From Candidatus Latescibacterota bacterium (lineage in GTDB: Bacteria; Latescibacterota; UBA2968), in NCBI GenBank assembly GCA_965222605.1, contig OZ244960.1, forward strand, positions 4,512,001 through 4,576,000: a stretch of 64,000 nucleotides of DNA, written 5' to 3'. Position numbers and translations under genes: made by a program. The notes beneath the pieces are model-generated. The model had not been told where the DNA came from and ran no database searches. It saw only the letters and a program-made list of their open reading frames with translations. Below are positions 38,663-47,941 of this stretch, piece after piece. How positions within the stretch are numbered: the stretch's first letter is position 1; each line of letters opens with the position of its first letter.

Positions 38663-39436
38663 TCAAAGATTTTTGTCGAGCCAGTCCAGGACGGTTGTCC
38701 ACGCGTTGCCCTGGGCGAGCAAATCGAGTCCACGTCCAGTCCCCTGGTAGCCGATTACGGCAGTAACCCCCCGGGTCAATTCAGACATGGTTCGGGATGA
38801 GGTGTAGGCATATCCATCGCCGAAAGCAGCGAGAAAGAGAATGTTGCGCGGTGCAAAACCGGGGATATTGGTGCCAATGAGAATTTCCTGAGCCTGGTTT
38901 TCGCGAAAGTTGGGTGAAATAGATACGGTTGCTTTGATGTCGGGGAATAGCCCCGCGCTCACAAAGGCGATGTTGGCGCCGATGTCTGTACCGATGACAC
39001 CGATGCGGTTGGGGTCGGCTTCTGCACGGGTTTTGAGAAATGCAATTGCAGCGACGACATCGAGAGGCATCTGGTTGAAGTCGTCAAAGGAGAAGTCCTG
39101 GAGTGTGAACGGTTGCCCATTGCGAAAAATACTGTTACCATGTCCGCGCAAGTCAAAGGCGAGTGCTACATAGCCCCGCTCGGCAACGAGTTCGGGTACA
39201 AAACCCGCCCATTGAACGTGGTTTTCGTTAAACGGGTGGAGCAGGATGACTGCAGGGCGAGGTGTGGGGTGGTTGGGAGAAGAAAAGAGCGTGCCAAATA
39301 ACAGAAATCCGTCTGGCGTTTGAAATTGCACGGGTTCCAGACGCGCGTGTTGGGCGGTGAGTTCGGGTTCGGTAGGCGTCGGCGCAGTGGTGTCGCATCC
39401 GATTAAAAATAGCGCGATCCATAAGTATTGGCGCAT
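38663..39436 (-). CDS. Alpha/beta hydrolase-fold lipoprotein (catalytic residues apparently substituted)
   Basis: Lipobox LIGC, VILLH, FDLRGHGNS, elbow GTDIG, C-terminal YQGTGRGLDLL. Confidence 0.85.
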   Translation of the reverse strand: MRQYLWIALFLIGCDTTAPTPTEPELTAQHARLEPVQFQTPDGFLLFGTLFSSPNHPTPRPAVILLHPFNENHVQWAGFVPELVAERGYVALAFDLRGHGNSIFRNGQPFTLQDFSFDDFNQMPLDVVAAIAFLKTRAEADPNRIGVIGTDIGANIAFVSAGLFPDIKATVSISPNFRENQAQEILIGTNIPGFAPRNILFLAAFGDGYAYTSSRTMSELTRGVTAVIGYQGTGRGLDLLAQGNAWTTVLDWLDKNL

Positions 39437-39566
39437 GATGTTATCCTTTGATTAGTTTTGTTTTTGACTATTGCAGATAAATGTTTGTTCCTCAGAATAG
39501 TGGGAACATAAGGCAATTAAACTATAATAGCAAGCGGGCAAGCACACCCTATTTTAAGGAGGAGAG

Positions 39567-39737
39567 ATGCCAGAACTCACGCGCTATGATTTGATTTTGA
39601 TGGCGATTACCGGCGGGCTTTTTGTGGTGGGATTGTGGTGTACGATTTTTGCCTTTCTCTATGGATTTTTGAAGCGGTTAGATCAGATTATTTTGCTGTT
39701 GCAGCAGGCAAATCGAGATGCCGATGCGGATTCTTAA
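39567..39737 (+). CDS. Small single-TM protein, 56 aa (not in ORF track)
   Basis: Strong RBS AAGGAGGAG; MPELTRYDLILMAITGGLFVVGLWCTIFAFLYGFLKRLDQIILLLQQANRDADADS. Confidence 0.7.
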   Translation: MPELTRYDLILMAITGGLFVVGLWCTIFAFLYGFLKRLDQIILLLQQANRDADADS

Positions 39738-39826
39738 GAGCGGTTGCTAATTTTACCGTGGGCATTTATATTGGGCAAAATGGTTTCTGTAACTTTCTAA
39801 AAAAATAAATTAGGAAAGGACACTGA

Positions 39827-41224
39827 ATGAGTAAACCGAATATTTTGATGATTATGACCGATCAGCAGCGGTGGGATGCCCTGAGTTGTGTGAGTGATTG
39901 GCTGGAGACACCCAATATGGATCGCATTGCGGCAGAGGGCGTGCAGTTTTCAAATTGCGTGAGCAATTCGCCGGTGTGTATCCCAACGCGGTTAAGTCTG
40001 GCAACCGGGCATTATCCGCACAATACGGGGGTGTGGGACAATCAAGGCCATACGTTATCGCCAGATTGCCCAACGTGGATGAAGGCGGTGCGCGATGCGG
40101 GGTATCGCACGAGCCTGTTTGGCAAGACGCATTTACACCCGCACGGGGGCGATTTGAGGGATCGCGAACATCTGATGCACGGTTATGGGCTTGATGATGT
40201 GGATGAAATCGGTGGACCGAGGGCGAGCGCGCGATGTTTGTCATATATGACGGCGATGTGGGAAGAGAAGGGTTTGTGGGATGCGTATCGGGCAGATTTC
40301 GAGGAGCGTTTTAGCAATAAGCCCTGGGTAACGCGGCCATCGACATTGCCTTTTGAAGAATATGCGGATGTGTATGTGGGGCAGCAAGCGAAGAAGTATC
40401 TGGCGGGATATGATCGCGATCAGCCCTGGTTCTGTTGGGTGAGTTTTGGCGGGCCGCACGAACCGTGGGATACGCCAGAACCCCATTACAGCCGGTATAA
40501 CCCGGAAGATATGCCCGATCCGGTTGCTCCAATAGACGATGATCGCGAGCGTCCACGGGGTTTGTTAGACGCCAAGCAAAAGATACCGTTTGAACCTGGG
40601 GAAGAGAAATTGTTGCGCGCAAATTACGCGGGCAATGTCACGTTGATTGACGATCAGATTGGCGAAATTTTCGATGTGATTGAAAAACGCGGCGAGATGG
40701 ATAATACGGTCGTGGTGCTGATGTCGGATCACGGAGAGATGAATGGCGATTACGGTTTTATTTATAAGAGCAATCTCTTGAATGGCGCGGTGCGGGTTCC
40801 CCTGCTGATTCGCACGCCCGAGACGGCGAGTAGTGATGTTGCCGGTTCTGTGTGCGACAGTCCGATTGAGTGGTTTGATGTGGGACCGACGCTGGTCGAG
40901 CTTGCAGGCGGGGAACTCGACTTCAGGCAGTTTGCCAAATCGGCCTGTCCCGTTCTGGAAGATCCGACGCGAGAACATCGCACAGAAGCGATATCGGAAT
41001 ACGGCGGAGAAATTATGTTGTTGAATCGCGAATGGAAAATCGTGTTGAATCGCGAAGGGCAGCCCTATTTGCTTTTCAATGTGCAAGAAGATCCCGATGA
41101 GGTGAATAATCTCGCGGGTTTGTCCGAGATGGCCGAGGTTGAGAATCAACTGCGCCTGCGGATTCTCGATCGCGTGGCTTCGTCACAGGTTTTGTCGGGG
41201 GCGCATTTTGCGTTGGGGACATGA
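39827..41224 (+). CDS. Sulfatase (Cys-type)
   Basis: KPNILMIMTDQQR, CIPTR, GKTH, GPHEPW, SDHGEM. Confidence 0.93.
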   Translation: MSKPNILMIMTDQQRWDALSCVSDWLETPNMDRIAAEGVQFSNCVSNSPVCIPTRLSLATGHYPHNTGVWDNQGHTLSPDCPTWMKAVRDAGYRTSLFGKTHLHPHGGDLRDREHLMHGYGLDDVDEIGGPRASARCLSYMTAMWEEKGLWDAYRADFEERFSNKPWVTRPSTLPFEEYADVYVGQQAKKYLAGYDRDQPWFCWVSFGGPHEPWDTPEPHYSRYNPEDMPDPVAPIDDDRERPRGLLDAKQKIPFEPGEEKLLRANYAGNVTLIDDQIGEIFDVIEKRGEMDNTVVVLMSDHGEMNGDYGFIYKSNLLNGAVRVPLLIRTPETASSDVAGSVCDSPIEWFDVGPTLVELAGGELDFRQFAKSACPVLEDPTREHRTEAISEYGGEIMLLNREWKIVLNREGQPYLLFNVQEDPDEVNNLAGLSEMAEVENQLRLRILDRVASSQVLSGAHFALGT

Positions 41225-41275
41225 GATGGGCATGGTGTTTGAGGGCAAGTATTACGATGGTCAAGTGAGGGTTCT

Positions 41276-41518
41276 ATGCTAACTACATATATCCAATCCG
41301 CTATGAAACACGCGAAATACGAGATTCTCGATGATCAAACATTCTATGGAGAAATTGCAGGCTTTCAAGGTGTGTATGCCAATGCGGATACTTTAGAAAT
41401 GTGTCGCGAGGAATTGCAATCCGTGCTCGAAGGTTGGATCATTCTCGGCTTGAGGATGGGACATCCGCTTCCGGAGGTGGATGGGGTGCGTTTGGATGCT
41501 GTATTGGAGTCCGTGTGA
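41276..41518 (+). CDS. hicB: HicB family antitoxin (short form)
   Basis: MLTTYIQSAMKHAKYEILDD..FYGEI..FQGVYANADTLE.CREEL.SVLEGWI.L.L..GHPLP. Confidence 0.88.
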   Translation: MLTTYIQSAMKHAKYEILDDQTFYGEIAGFQGVYANADTLEMCREELQSVLEGWIILGLRMGHPLPEVDGVRLDAVLESV

Positions 41519-41736
41519 TGCCCAAATTTGGACCAATTAGTCGCCGCAATCTAATTCGCTATTTGAGGCAATTGGGATTTGAAGGTCCGTATCCTGGAGG
41601 CAAGCATCATTATATGATTCGAGAAACAACACGTCTTGCCATTCCCAATCCGCATCAAGGTGATATTGGGCGTGAGCTTTTGCACAGGATTTTACAGCAA
41701 GGGAATGTCAGCCGGGAAATTTGGGAGGATTTGTAG
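41518..41736 (+). CDS. hicA: HicA family mRNA interferase toxin
   Basis: TGATG overlap with hicB; MPKFGPISRRNLIRYLRQLGFEGPYPGGKHHYM...IPNPHQGDIG..LL.RIL.Q. Confidence 0.88.
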   Translation: MPKFGPISRRNLIRYLRQLGFEGPYPGGKHHYMIRETTRLAIPNPHQGDIGRELLHRILQQGNVSREIWEDL

Positions 41737-41769
41737 CATATCAGTCAAATTCTCGCTTGAGGAGAGATT

Positions 41770-43263
41770 ATGGTTAATGGCAGGCCGCATATCATTTTTA
41801 TCATCACCGATCAGCAGCGCTTTGATACCATCCGCGCATGGGGATATGATTACATGATGACGCCTACGCTGGATCGGCTTGCGCGTGAGAGCGTGTCGTT
41901 TCGGCAGGCGTATTGTCCCGGTGCGACCTGTGTGGCGTCAAGGGCGGCGATTTTTACGGGTATGTACCCGCATACGACGGGTGTTTATAGTTTTGATCAC
42001 TGGGCAAATCACCGCAATTGGGTGCAGGATTTATCGGATGCGGGCTATTATTGCGTGAATATTGGCAAAATGCACTTGACGCCGCGCGATATCCCCGGTG
42101 GATTTCACGAGCGCGTTATTGTGGAAAATCCCACGAATAAGGCGCTGGACAGTGGCGGAGCCGATGACGATTGGGGTAAGTACATGACGTTTCACGGTGT
42201 GAAGCGGCCCAATGATCGCAATAAGTCAGATCCCGAATGGCTCAATAAATGTCAGGGGGTTGTGTGGCACGAAGAGGAGCGGTTTCACAGCGATGTGTTT
42301 ATCGGAAATTCCGCGTTGAACTGGATTCACAATCACCGGGGCGATAAACCGCTGTTTCTTCAGATCGGATTTACGGGACCTCATGAACCCTGGGATCCCT
42401 TGCCGAGGCATCTGAATTTGTATCGCGATCGAGAGATGCCGCCGTGTGTAAAGCGCGATGGGGAGTTGGAGGAGAAGCCACCGCAACATGCGACGCATCT
42501 GGAGATGCACGCGACGACGGATCACGAATCGCAAATCGATTTGCGCGGGCGCACAGATGATGAACTCGCCGAGATGAAGCGGCATTATTACGGGAATATT
42601 TCGACGGTTGATGAAAAGCTCGGCGAAATTCTGGATGCCCTGCAAGAACGGGAGTGGTTGGAGAATAGTTTGTTGATTTTTTGTTCCGATCACGGCGAGA
42701 TGCTGGGCGATCACGGGTTGGCTTATAAGTGGTTGATGTACGATCCGATTGTGCATATTCCGCTGATGATTCGCACGCCGCAATCTGTTGATCGGCCAGG
42801 CGAAACGCGCGATCTGGTATCGCTTATGGATTTGGGTCCGACAATTTTAGACGCTGCGGGGGTAGCTGTTCCGAGTTATTTGGAGGGCCGCTCTTTGATG
42901 CCGTATTTGAACGGGGAGACGCCCGTGCCGCGAAAATACGTTTTTTGCGAGGATAACTATCAGATTATGATGCGGTCACAGACCCATAAGATGGTGTATT
43001 ATATCGGGCAAGCAGAAGGCGAGTTGTACGATTTAGACCGCGATCCCGGAGAGTTGTGGAATATTTGGGATAAGTCTGAATACGCCGATGTGAAAGGCGA
43101 GATGTTCACAGATTTGCTCAGTTGGATGGCGACGAGCAATTATTATAATGCCGGATACAAACGCCAGCGCAGCAAACAATATCGCATGCGATGGCCCGGG
43201 GAAAACGACGCGTATTTGCACGGTCGCAAAGGACAGCCAAAACCCCGGATTGTCGATTTGTAG
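41770..43263 (+). CDS. Sulfatase (CxAxR variant)
   Basis: RPHIIFIITDQQR, CVASR, GKMH, GPHEPWDP, SDHGEM. Confidence 0.92.
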   Translation: MVNGRPHIIFIITDQQRFDTIRAWGYDYMMTPTLDRLARESVSFRQAYCPGATCVASRAAIFTGMYPHTTGVYSFDHWANHRNWVQDLSDAGYYCVNIGKMHLTPRDIPGGFHERVIVENPTNKALDSGGADDDWGKYMTFHGVKRPNDRNKSDPEWLNKCQGVVWHEEERFHSDVFIGNSALNWIHNHRGDKPLFLQIGFTGPHEPWDPLPRHLNLYRDREMPPCVKRDGELEEKPPQHATHLEMHATTDHESQIDLRGRTDDELAEMKRHYYGNISTVDEKLGEILDALQEREWLENSLLIFCSDHGEMLGDHGLAYKWLMYDPIVHIPLMIRTPQSVDRPGETRDLVSLMDLGPTILDAAGVAVPSYLEGRSLMPYLNGETPVPRKYVFCEDNYQIMMRSQTHKMVYYIGQAEGELYDLDRDPGELWNIWDKSEYADVKGEMFTDLLSWMATSNYYNAGYKRQRSKQYRMRWPGENDAYLHGRKGQPKPRIVDL

Positions 43264-43292
43264 AGGAAATGGTCGAAGTATTCGTCAGGTGT

Positions 43293-43330
43293 AATACAAA
43301 AGCCCTCTTTAGCAGGAGGGCTTTTGTATT
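43293..43330. terminator. Bidirectional intrinsic terminator
   Basis: AATACAAAAGCCCTCTT-TAGC-AGGAGGGCTTTTGTATT between convergent genes. Confidence 0.8.
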
Positions 43331-43354
43331 TGATATTTTCGCGTGGGCTTTTGT

Positions 43355-44538
43355 TTAGACGGGAACGACTTGGCGCGTGTCTTCGATTTCGGCGTCGAGA
43401 TTGCCCGACAGGTCGTTGTTGTTGAGGTGAATGCGATCGGCTTTTTCGCCGATGTGGACACCTATGCGTTGAGTTGCTGTTTTATTATTGCCAATGCGAT
43501 TATTTGTGAAGGTGAGGTCGTGGGTTTCGCCCAGGATGCGCACGCCATATCCTTTATTTTTGTCGCCATTGTCGAGAATCTGATTGTTCTCAAAGGTGTT
43601 GCGATGTCCGCCCATGGGTTCGGATTCGTTGCGGAAGAGTATGCCTTCACAGCCGTTGCGCAATGAACGGGATTGTCGGTGTCTTTGTGACCTATGGAGA
43701 TGCCGGTGTCGCCATTGCCGATGAGGTCGTTGTTTTCAAAGATGCCGTGTTTGACGCGCCAGCAGAGGAAGAGACCAATGCGGCCGTTGTTTTCCGAGCG
43801 GCAGTTGCGAATGGTGGGGTGCTGGCTGCCACTGCCCGGGTGCAGGCCCAGGTGGGTATTGCCCGTGCAGGTGCAGTTTTCGACCGCGACGTGCTGGCTC
43901 TGCTGGAAGCTTATGCCATCGCCGTGATAATTTTTGATCGCGCAGTTTTGTATCGCTGTATGGTGCCCGCGGTAGAGGAATATGCCGGCGCCGCGGCAAC
44001 CGTTGAGGTGCGGATTGTTTTTGCGGTTGCCATCTACAGTTAGATTTTCGACCTGGGCATTTTCGATGTGGTAGCCGCTGATGACCGGAAAGGTAGTTGC
44101 AGCGCGCGCATTGCGGGAGATGAGATAATCGCCCCCCATGGGCACATTGACACCGAAGGTTTTGTTCTTTTGCCAGAGAATGGTGCCGACAGCGGTGTGA
44201 AATCCACCGCCGTGATCATCCGTGATGCTGACGCCATAGCCCCCTTTGAATCCATCGGGATTTTTGAGGGTGATCTGTTCTTCGCCAAAATCCCCGTCGA
44301 GAAGAAGTGGGGTCTCAACGCCATCTGCCTTCCACAATGTGGTATTTTCACCCTGTCCTCTGACTGTGATATTGCTGCGAAGATGCAGTGCGTCGCGCAT
44401 GATGTACGTGCCGGATAGGATTTCGACCGTGCCTCCGCCGAGTGTAGCGATGTAATCGACCGCTGCTTGCAACGCGCGGTTGTCATTGCCGATGATGTCG
44501 GCGTTTTTTTGTCCGACGGTGATTTGTAAGCCAGTCAT
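43355..44538 (-). pseudogene. Right-handed parallel beta-helix protein, frameshifted near 43670
   Basis: One frame gives ...GISIGHKDTDN and then loses repeat character. Beta-helix repeats resume in another frame (LRNGCEGILFRNES...ENNQILDNG...) to the stop at 43355. Confidence 0.8.
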
Positions 44539-44553
44539 GGGAGCCTCCGTGGG

Positions 44554-45597
44554 TTATGCGATGCGAATTTCCCGCCCGGTTTCGCCACTTTCGAGCACGG
44601 CTTCCATCATTTGCTGTACTTGATATCCGTGGCGCAGGGGTGCTTCGCAGGTTTTGCCGTCGAGAATGCAGTCGATAAAGTGGCCCGCAATGCGGTCCCA
44701 GGCCTGGGTTGGGAGCGGAATATCGACGGCGATGTCGTGCGGGACGCCGTCCTGTGTTTTGAAGATTTTGAGCGGGCGGAATTGCGCGCCGGCTTCATCG
44801 CCAAAGAGTTCGATCTGGAGTTCGTTGGGTTGATGAGACGCCCAGAAACTTTCGACCTGGAGACCCGCGCCGTTTTCAAAGCGGATGAATCCGCCGGCAT
44901 AGTCGTCAGCGGCGTATTGTTCGTAGGTGCTGCGAGGGACTTGTCTAAAGCCCCAGTAGCCGCGTCCGCGCGGTCCAAATTTCGCGCCGCACACACCTGT
45001 GACGGTGGCGGGTTTGGGCATGCCGAGCAAGTACCACACGGCGTCGAGTACGTGGACGCCCATATCGCGGAAGGCGCCCCCGCCTTTTTGAATGAATCCG
45101 AGGTTCCACGCGGGGATGCCGCTTCGGCGCACGCTGCGGGCGCGGGCGTAGTAGAGGTCGCCAAAATAGCCTTCGCGTGCGAGGTTGCCGAGGTATTGGC
45201 ATTGGTCGGAAAATCGGGTGGAGAGCGACATCATGTTGACGACGCCAGATGCTTCGGCGGCTTCGACGAGTTTTTGCGCTGCCTGCTCAGAGTCCGAGAG
45301 CGGTTTGGTGACCATGACGTGTTTGTCGTTTTTGACGGCTTCGAGTGCGACGGGCACATGCCACTGGTTTGGGGTGCCTACAAATACCGCGTCGATGTCG
45401 GGGGCTTTGCACATTTCTTTGTAATCGGTGTAGAATTTTTGTTCGCCGGGCAATTCGCGGGCAAATTCTTCCATTCTTTCGGGTATCAAGTCGCATAGTG
45501 CGACGACTTCGCCGCGATCATTTTTCGCAAGGGCGCGGCCATTGGGTTTTCCAATGCCCATACCGACGACACATACGCGGACTTTTTTTTCTGGCAT
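44554..45597 (-). CDS. Gfo/Idh/MocA family oxidoreductase
   Basis: VCVVGMGIG, DAVFVGTPN..H, HVMVTKP, GGGAFRDMGVH. Confidence 0.92.
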   Translation of the reverse strand: MPEKKVRVCVVGMGIGKPNGRALAKNDRGEVVALCDLIPERMEEFARELPGEQKFYTDYKEMCKAPDIDAVFVGTPNQWHVPVALEAVKNDKHVMVTKPLSDSEQAAQKLVEAAEASGVVNMMSLSTRFSDQCQYLGNLAREGYFGDLYYARARSVRRSGIPAWNLGFIQKGGGAFRDMGVHVLDAVWYLLGMPKPATVTGVCGAKFGPRGRGYWGFRQVPRSTYEQYAADDYAGGFIRFENGAGLQVESFWASHQPNELQIELFGDEAGAQFRPLKIFKTQDGVPHDIAVDIPLPTQAWDRIAGHFIDCILDGKTCEAPLRHGYQVQQMMEAVLESGETGREIRIA

Positions 45598-45702
45598 GAT
45601 GCACTCCTGTTGTTAAATTGGGTCAATTGTAAAAATGCGCCCTTTATTATGCAAAAAAAAGAGGGATTTACCAACAGAATTTCACGGAAAGGATATAATG
45701 TT

Positions 45703-46827
45703 ATGCTTACTATAGAAGGCTGTCGCAATCGGCAGCAGCGATTTCGAACGCGTCTCTCTGAGGAGGGGATTGACGCGGTTATTATTACAGACCCTCGGGA
45801 TATTTACTATTTGACCGGAGCGCTCTTATCGGCATATCCATCATTTTCTTTTCCCGCGCTTCTGTATTTGGAGATCGATGGGGGGGCGTGGCTGGCATCA
45901 ACGACCGATGAAGGGGATGTGGCTGTGGATGAGCGCGTGGTGTACGACTCGCATGTGCTCTATACGATGAATCCCGATCCGATGCGCTTGCTGAATGCGG
46001 CTGTGGCGCAAAAGCTCCGCGATTATCGGGGTATTTCTCGTTTGGGCTGGCAGCAGGAAGCTACGCCCAAGTTGCTCGCCGATACGGTGGCAGATGCTTT
46101 GGGCAGCACAGGGGTAGGTATAGACGATTTGCTGATTGCACAGCAGATGAAGAAGGATGCCGATGAAGTTGCGATGTTGCAAAAGGCGATTGATATTAAT
46201 CTGCGGGCTTATGATCGCGTGCAAGAAGTGATTGCGCCGGGTGTGAATGAGTTGGATGTGCTCGCGGCTGGGCAGCAGGTGGCACTGCATGCGGCAGGTG
46301 AGGTGCTTCACCACGGGGGCGATTACCAGTGCGGGCAATTGGGCGGGCCTGCCAGAGACAGGATTATTGAAGATGGGGAGTTGTATGTTATCGACGCGCA
46401 AACAGAATATCACGGGTACTGGTCCGATCTGTGCCGCACTTTTGCGGTGGGCGATCCCACAGATTTGCAGGCGTCTGTGTACGATCATTTGAAAGCTATT
46501 TTAGAGGATGTTCCCAATCTGGTAAGACCCGGTGGAAGGGGAACCGCACTGTGGCACGCGATTGATGAGAGAATCCGCGAGCATCCCCATTTGTCCGATA
46601 TTGGGCTGATTCATCACGCGGGGCACGGCGTGGGGATTCGCGCACACGAACCGCCCGATCTGAATCGAGATCGAGAGGGTATTTTTGAGGTGGGGACGGT
46701 TTTTTCCTGTGAGCCGGGTGCGTATAGCGAAGCATTGAACGGGGGTATCCGGTTGGAGAATACGTTTTTGGTGACCGAAGATGGCGTGCAAAATCTGACG
46801 GATTATCCGCTGGTGTTAAAGCGGTGA
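45703..46827 (+). CDS. Xaa-Pro peptidase (M24) family protein
   Basis: Creatinase-like N-domain; ID...GYWSDLCRT, HHAGHGVG..AHEPP, SCEPG.Y, GIRLEN. Start at ATG 45703. Confidence 0.9.
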   Translation: MLTIEGCRNRQQRFRTRLSEEGIDAVIITDPRDIYYLTGALLSAYPSFSFPALLYLEIDGGAWLASTTDEGDVAVDERVVYDSHVLYTMNPDPMRLLNAAVAQKLRDYRGISRLGWQQEATPKLLADTVADALGSTGVGIDDLLIAQQMKKDADEVAMLQKAIDINLRAYDRVQEVIAPGVNELDVLAAGQQVALHAAGEVLHHGGDYQCGQLGGPARDRIIEDGELYVIDAQTEYHGYWSDLCRTFAVGDPTDLQASVYDHLKAILEDVPNLVRPGGRGTALWHAIDERIREHPHLSDIGLIHHAGHGVGIRAHEPPDLNRDREGIFEVGTVFSCEPGAYSEALNGGIRLENTFLVTEDGVQNLTDYPLVLKR

Positions 46828-46843
46828 TGCATGAGTCATCTAC

Positions 46844-47833
46844 TTAGAGCGGGATTACGTTGCCCGTGTCCGCGGCTTCGCGTGCACGCAGGCATAGGCG
46901 CGTGACTTTTATGGCTTCGTCGGGGCCGATGATGTGGGGTGCTTTGCCCGTGCGTTCTCCGTGGAGGTTGACGAGGAAATTTTCTTCGGGGGGCAGGGGC
47001 AGGTCGCGGGGGGCTTCGCCCGAGGGAATCAGATGTGTGCGGTCGTCGATGACTTCGATGACGCCTTCTGATCCGGCGATTCGGAGGCGGTCGTCGCCGT
47101 GGGTGGGTGCTGTTGAGGGGCGCAAATAATCGAGGTTGATCATTGCCGTGCCGCCATTGCTCAGGCGGAAGAGCATGCCGCCGTGGTCTTCGCAGCCGGG
47201 ATAGTCGGGATGGGCGAGGTTGCCGTGAAGCGCGGCGACTTGTGTATATTCTTGTCCGGTTGCCCAGCGCGTGTAATCGACGGCGTGGATTGCGACCCAG
47301 GGAATTGTGCCGCCATAGGTTTCTCGTTGTTTGAAAAAGTCTGGGCGGGTGCCAAAGCGATAGGATTTTTGCGCGGTTGCCAGAATGGGTTCGCCGATGA
47401 GGCCATCTTGCACAGCCTGGTGCGCTGCGCGGAATGCGGGCGATAGTCGCAGGCCAAACATGGCGGTGAGGCGAACACCGCTGTTTTTGACCGCTGCTTC
47501 AAGGGCGTCGAGATCTTCTAAGGTGGTTGCGACGGGTTTTTCGCTGACAATGTCAATTCCGCGTTTTGCAGCGGCTATTGAGGCTTCGGCATTGAGGGAA
47601 TACGGACGACAAATGCTGACGAGATCGATTTCTTCGGTGTCGAGCATGTGGCGATAGTCGTCATACAGGCGGGTGTGCGCGGTGAATGCCGCGTGTACTT
47701 TGATTTTGGCGAGGGTGTCGCCGGGGTGGCCTTTGGCGCAGGCGATGAGTTGTGCATCGGGGATGTGCGCGATGCCGTCGAGAACCATGTTCTGATGCCC
47801 GTCGCTGCCGATTTGTGCGATTTTTAGTGGCAT
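46844..47833 (-). CDS. Gfo/Idh/MocA family oxidoreductase
   Basis: IVSEKP, QKSYRFG.RP, YGGTIPWVAIHAVD, THGDDRLRIAG. Confidence 0.88.
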   Translation of the reverse strand: MPLKIAQIGSDGHQNMVLDGIAHIPDAQLIACAKGHPGDTLAKIKVHAAFTAHTRLYDDYRHMLDTEEIDLVSICRPYSLNAEASIAAAKRGIDIVSEKPVATTLEDLDALEAAVKNSGVRLTAMFGLRLSPAFRAAHQAVQDGLIGEPILATAQKSYRFGTRPDFFKQRETYGGTIPWVAIHAVDYTRWATGQEYTQVAALHGNLAHPDYPGCEDHGGMLFRLSNGGTAMINLDYLRPSTAPTHGDDRLRIAGSEGVIEVIDDRTHLIPSGEAPRDLPLPPEENFLVNLHGERTGKAPHIIGPDEAIKVTRLCLRAREAADTGNVIPL

Positions 47834-47941
47834 TTTGTCCCTTTCTGTCGGATATTTAAGTGACCCAAGGAAAATAAATCATGAACAGGGAAAATGAACA
47901 GGGAAAAATGGATAGGGTCTATCCACTAAACGGAGGAATAA

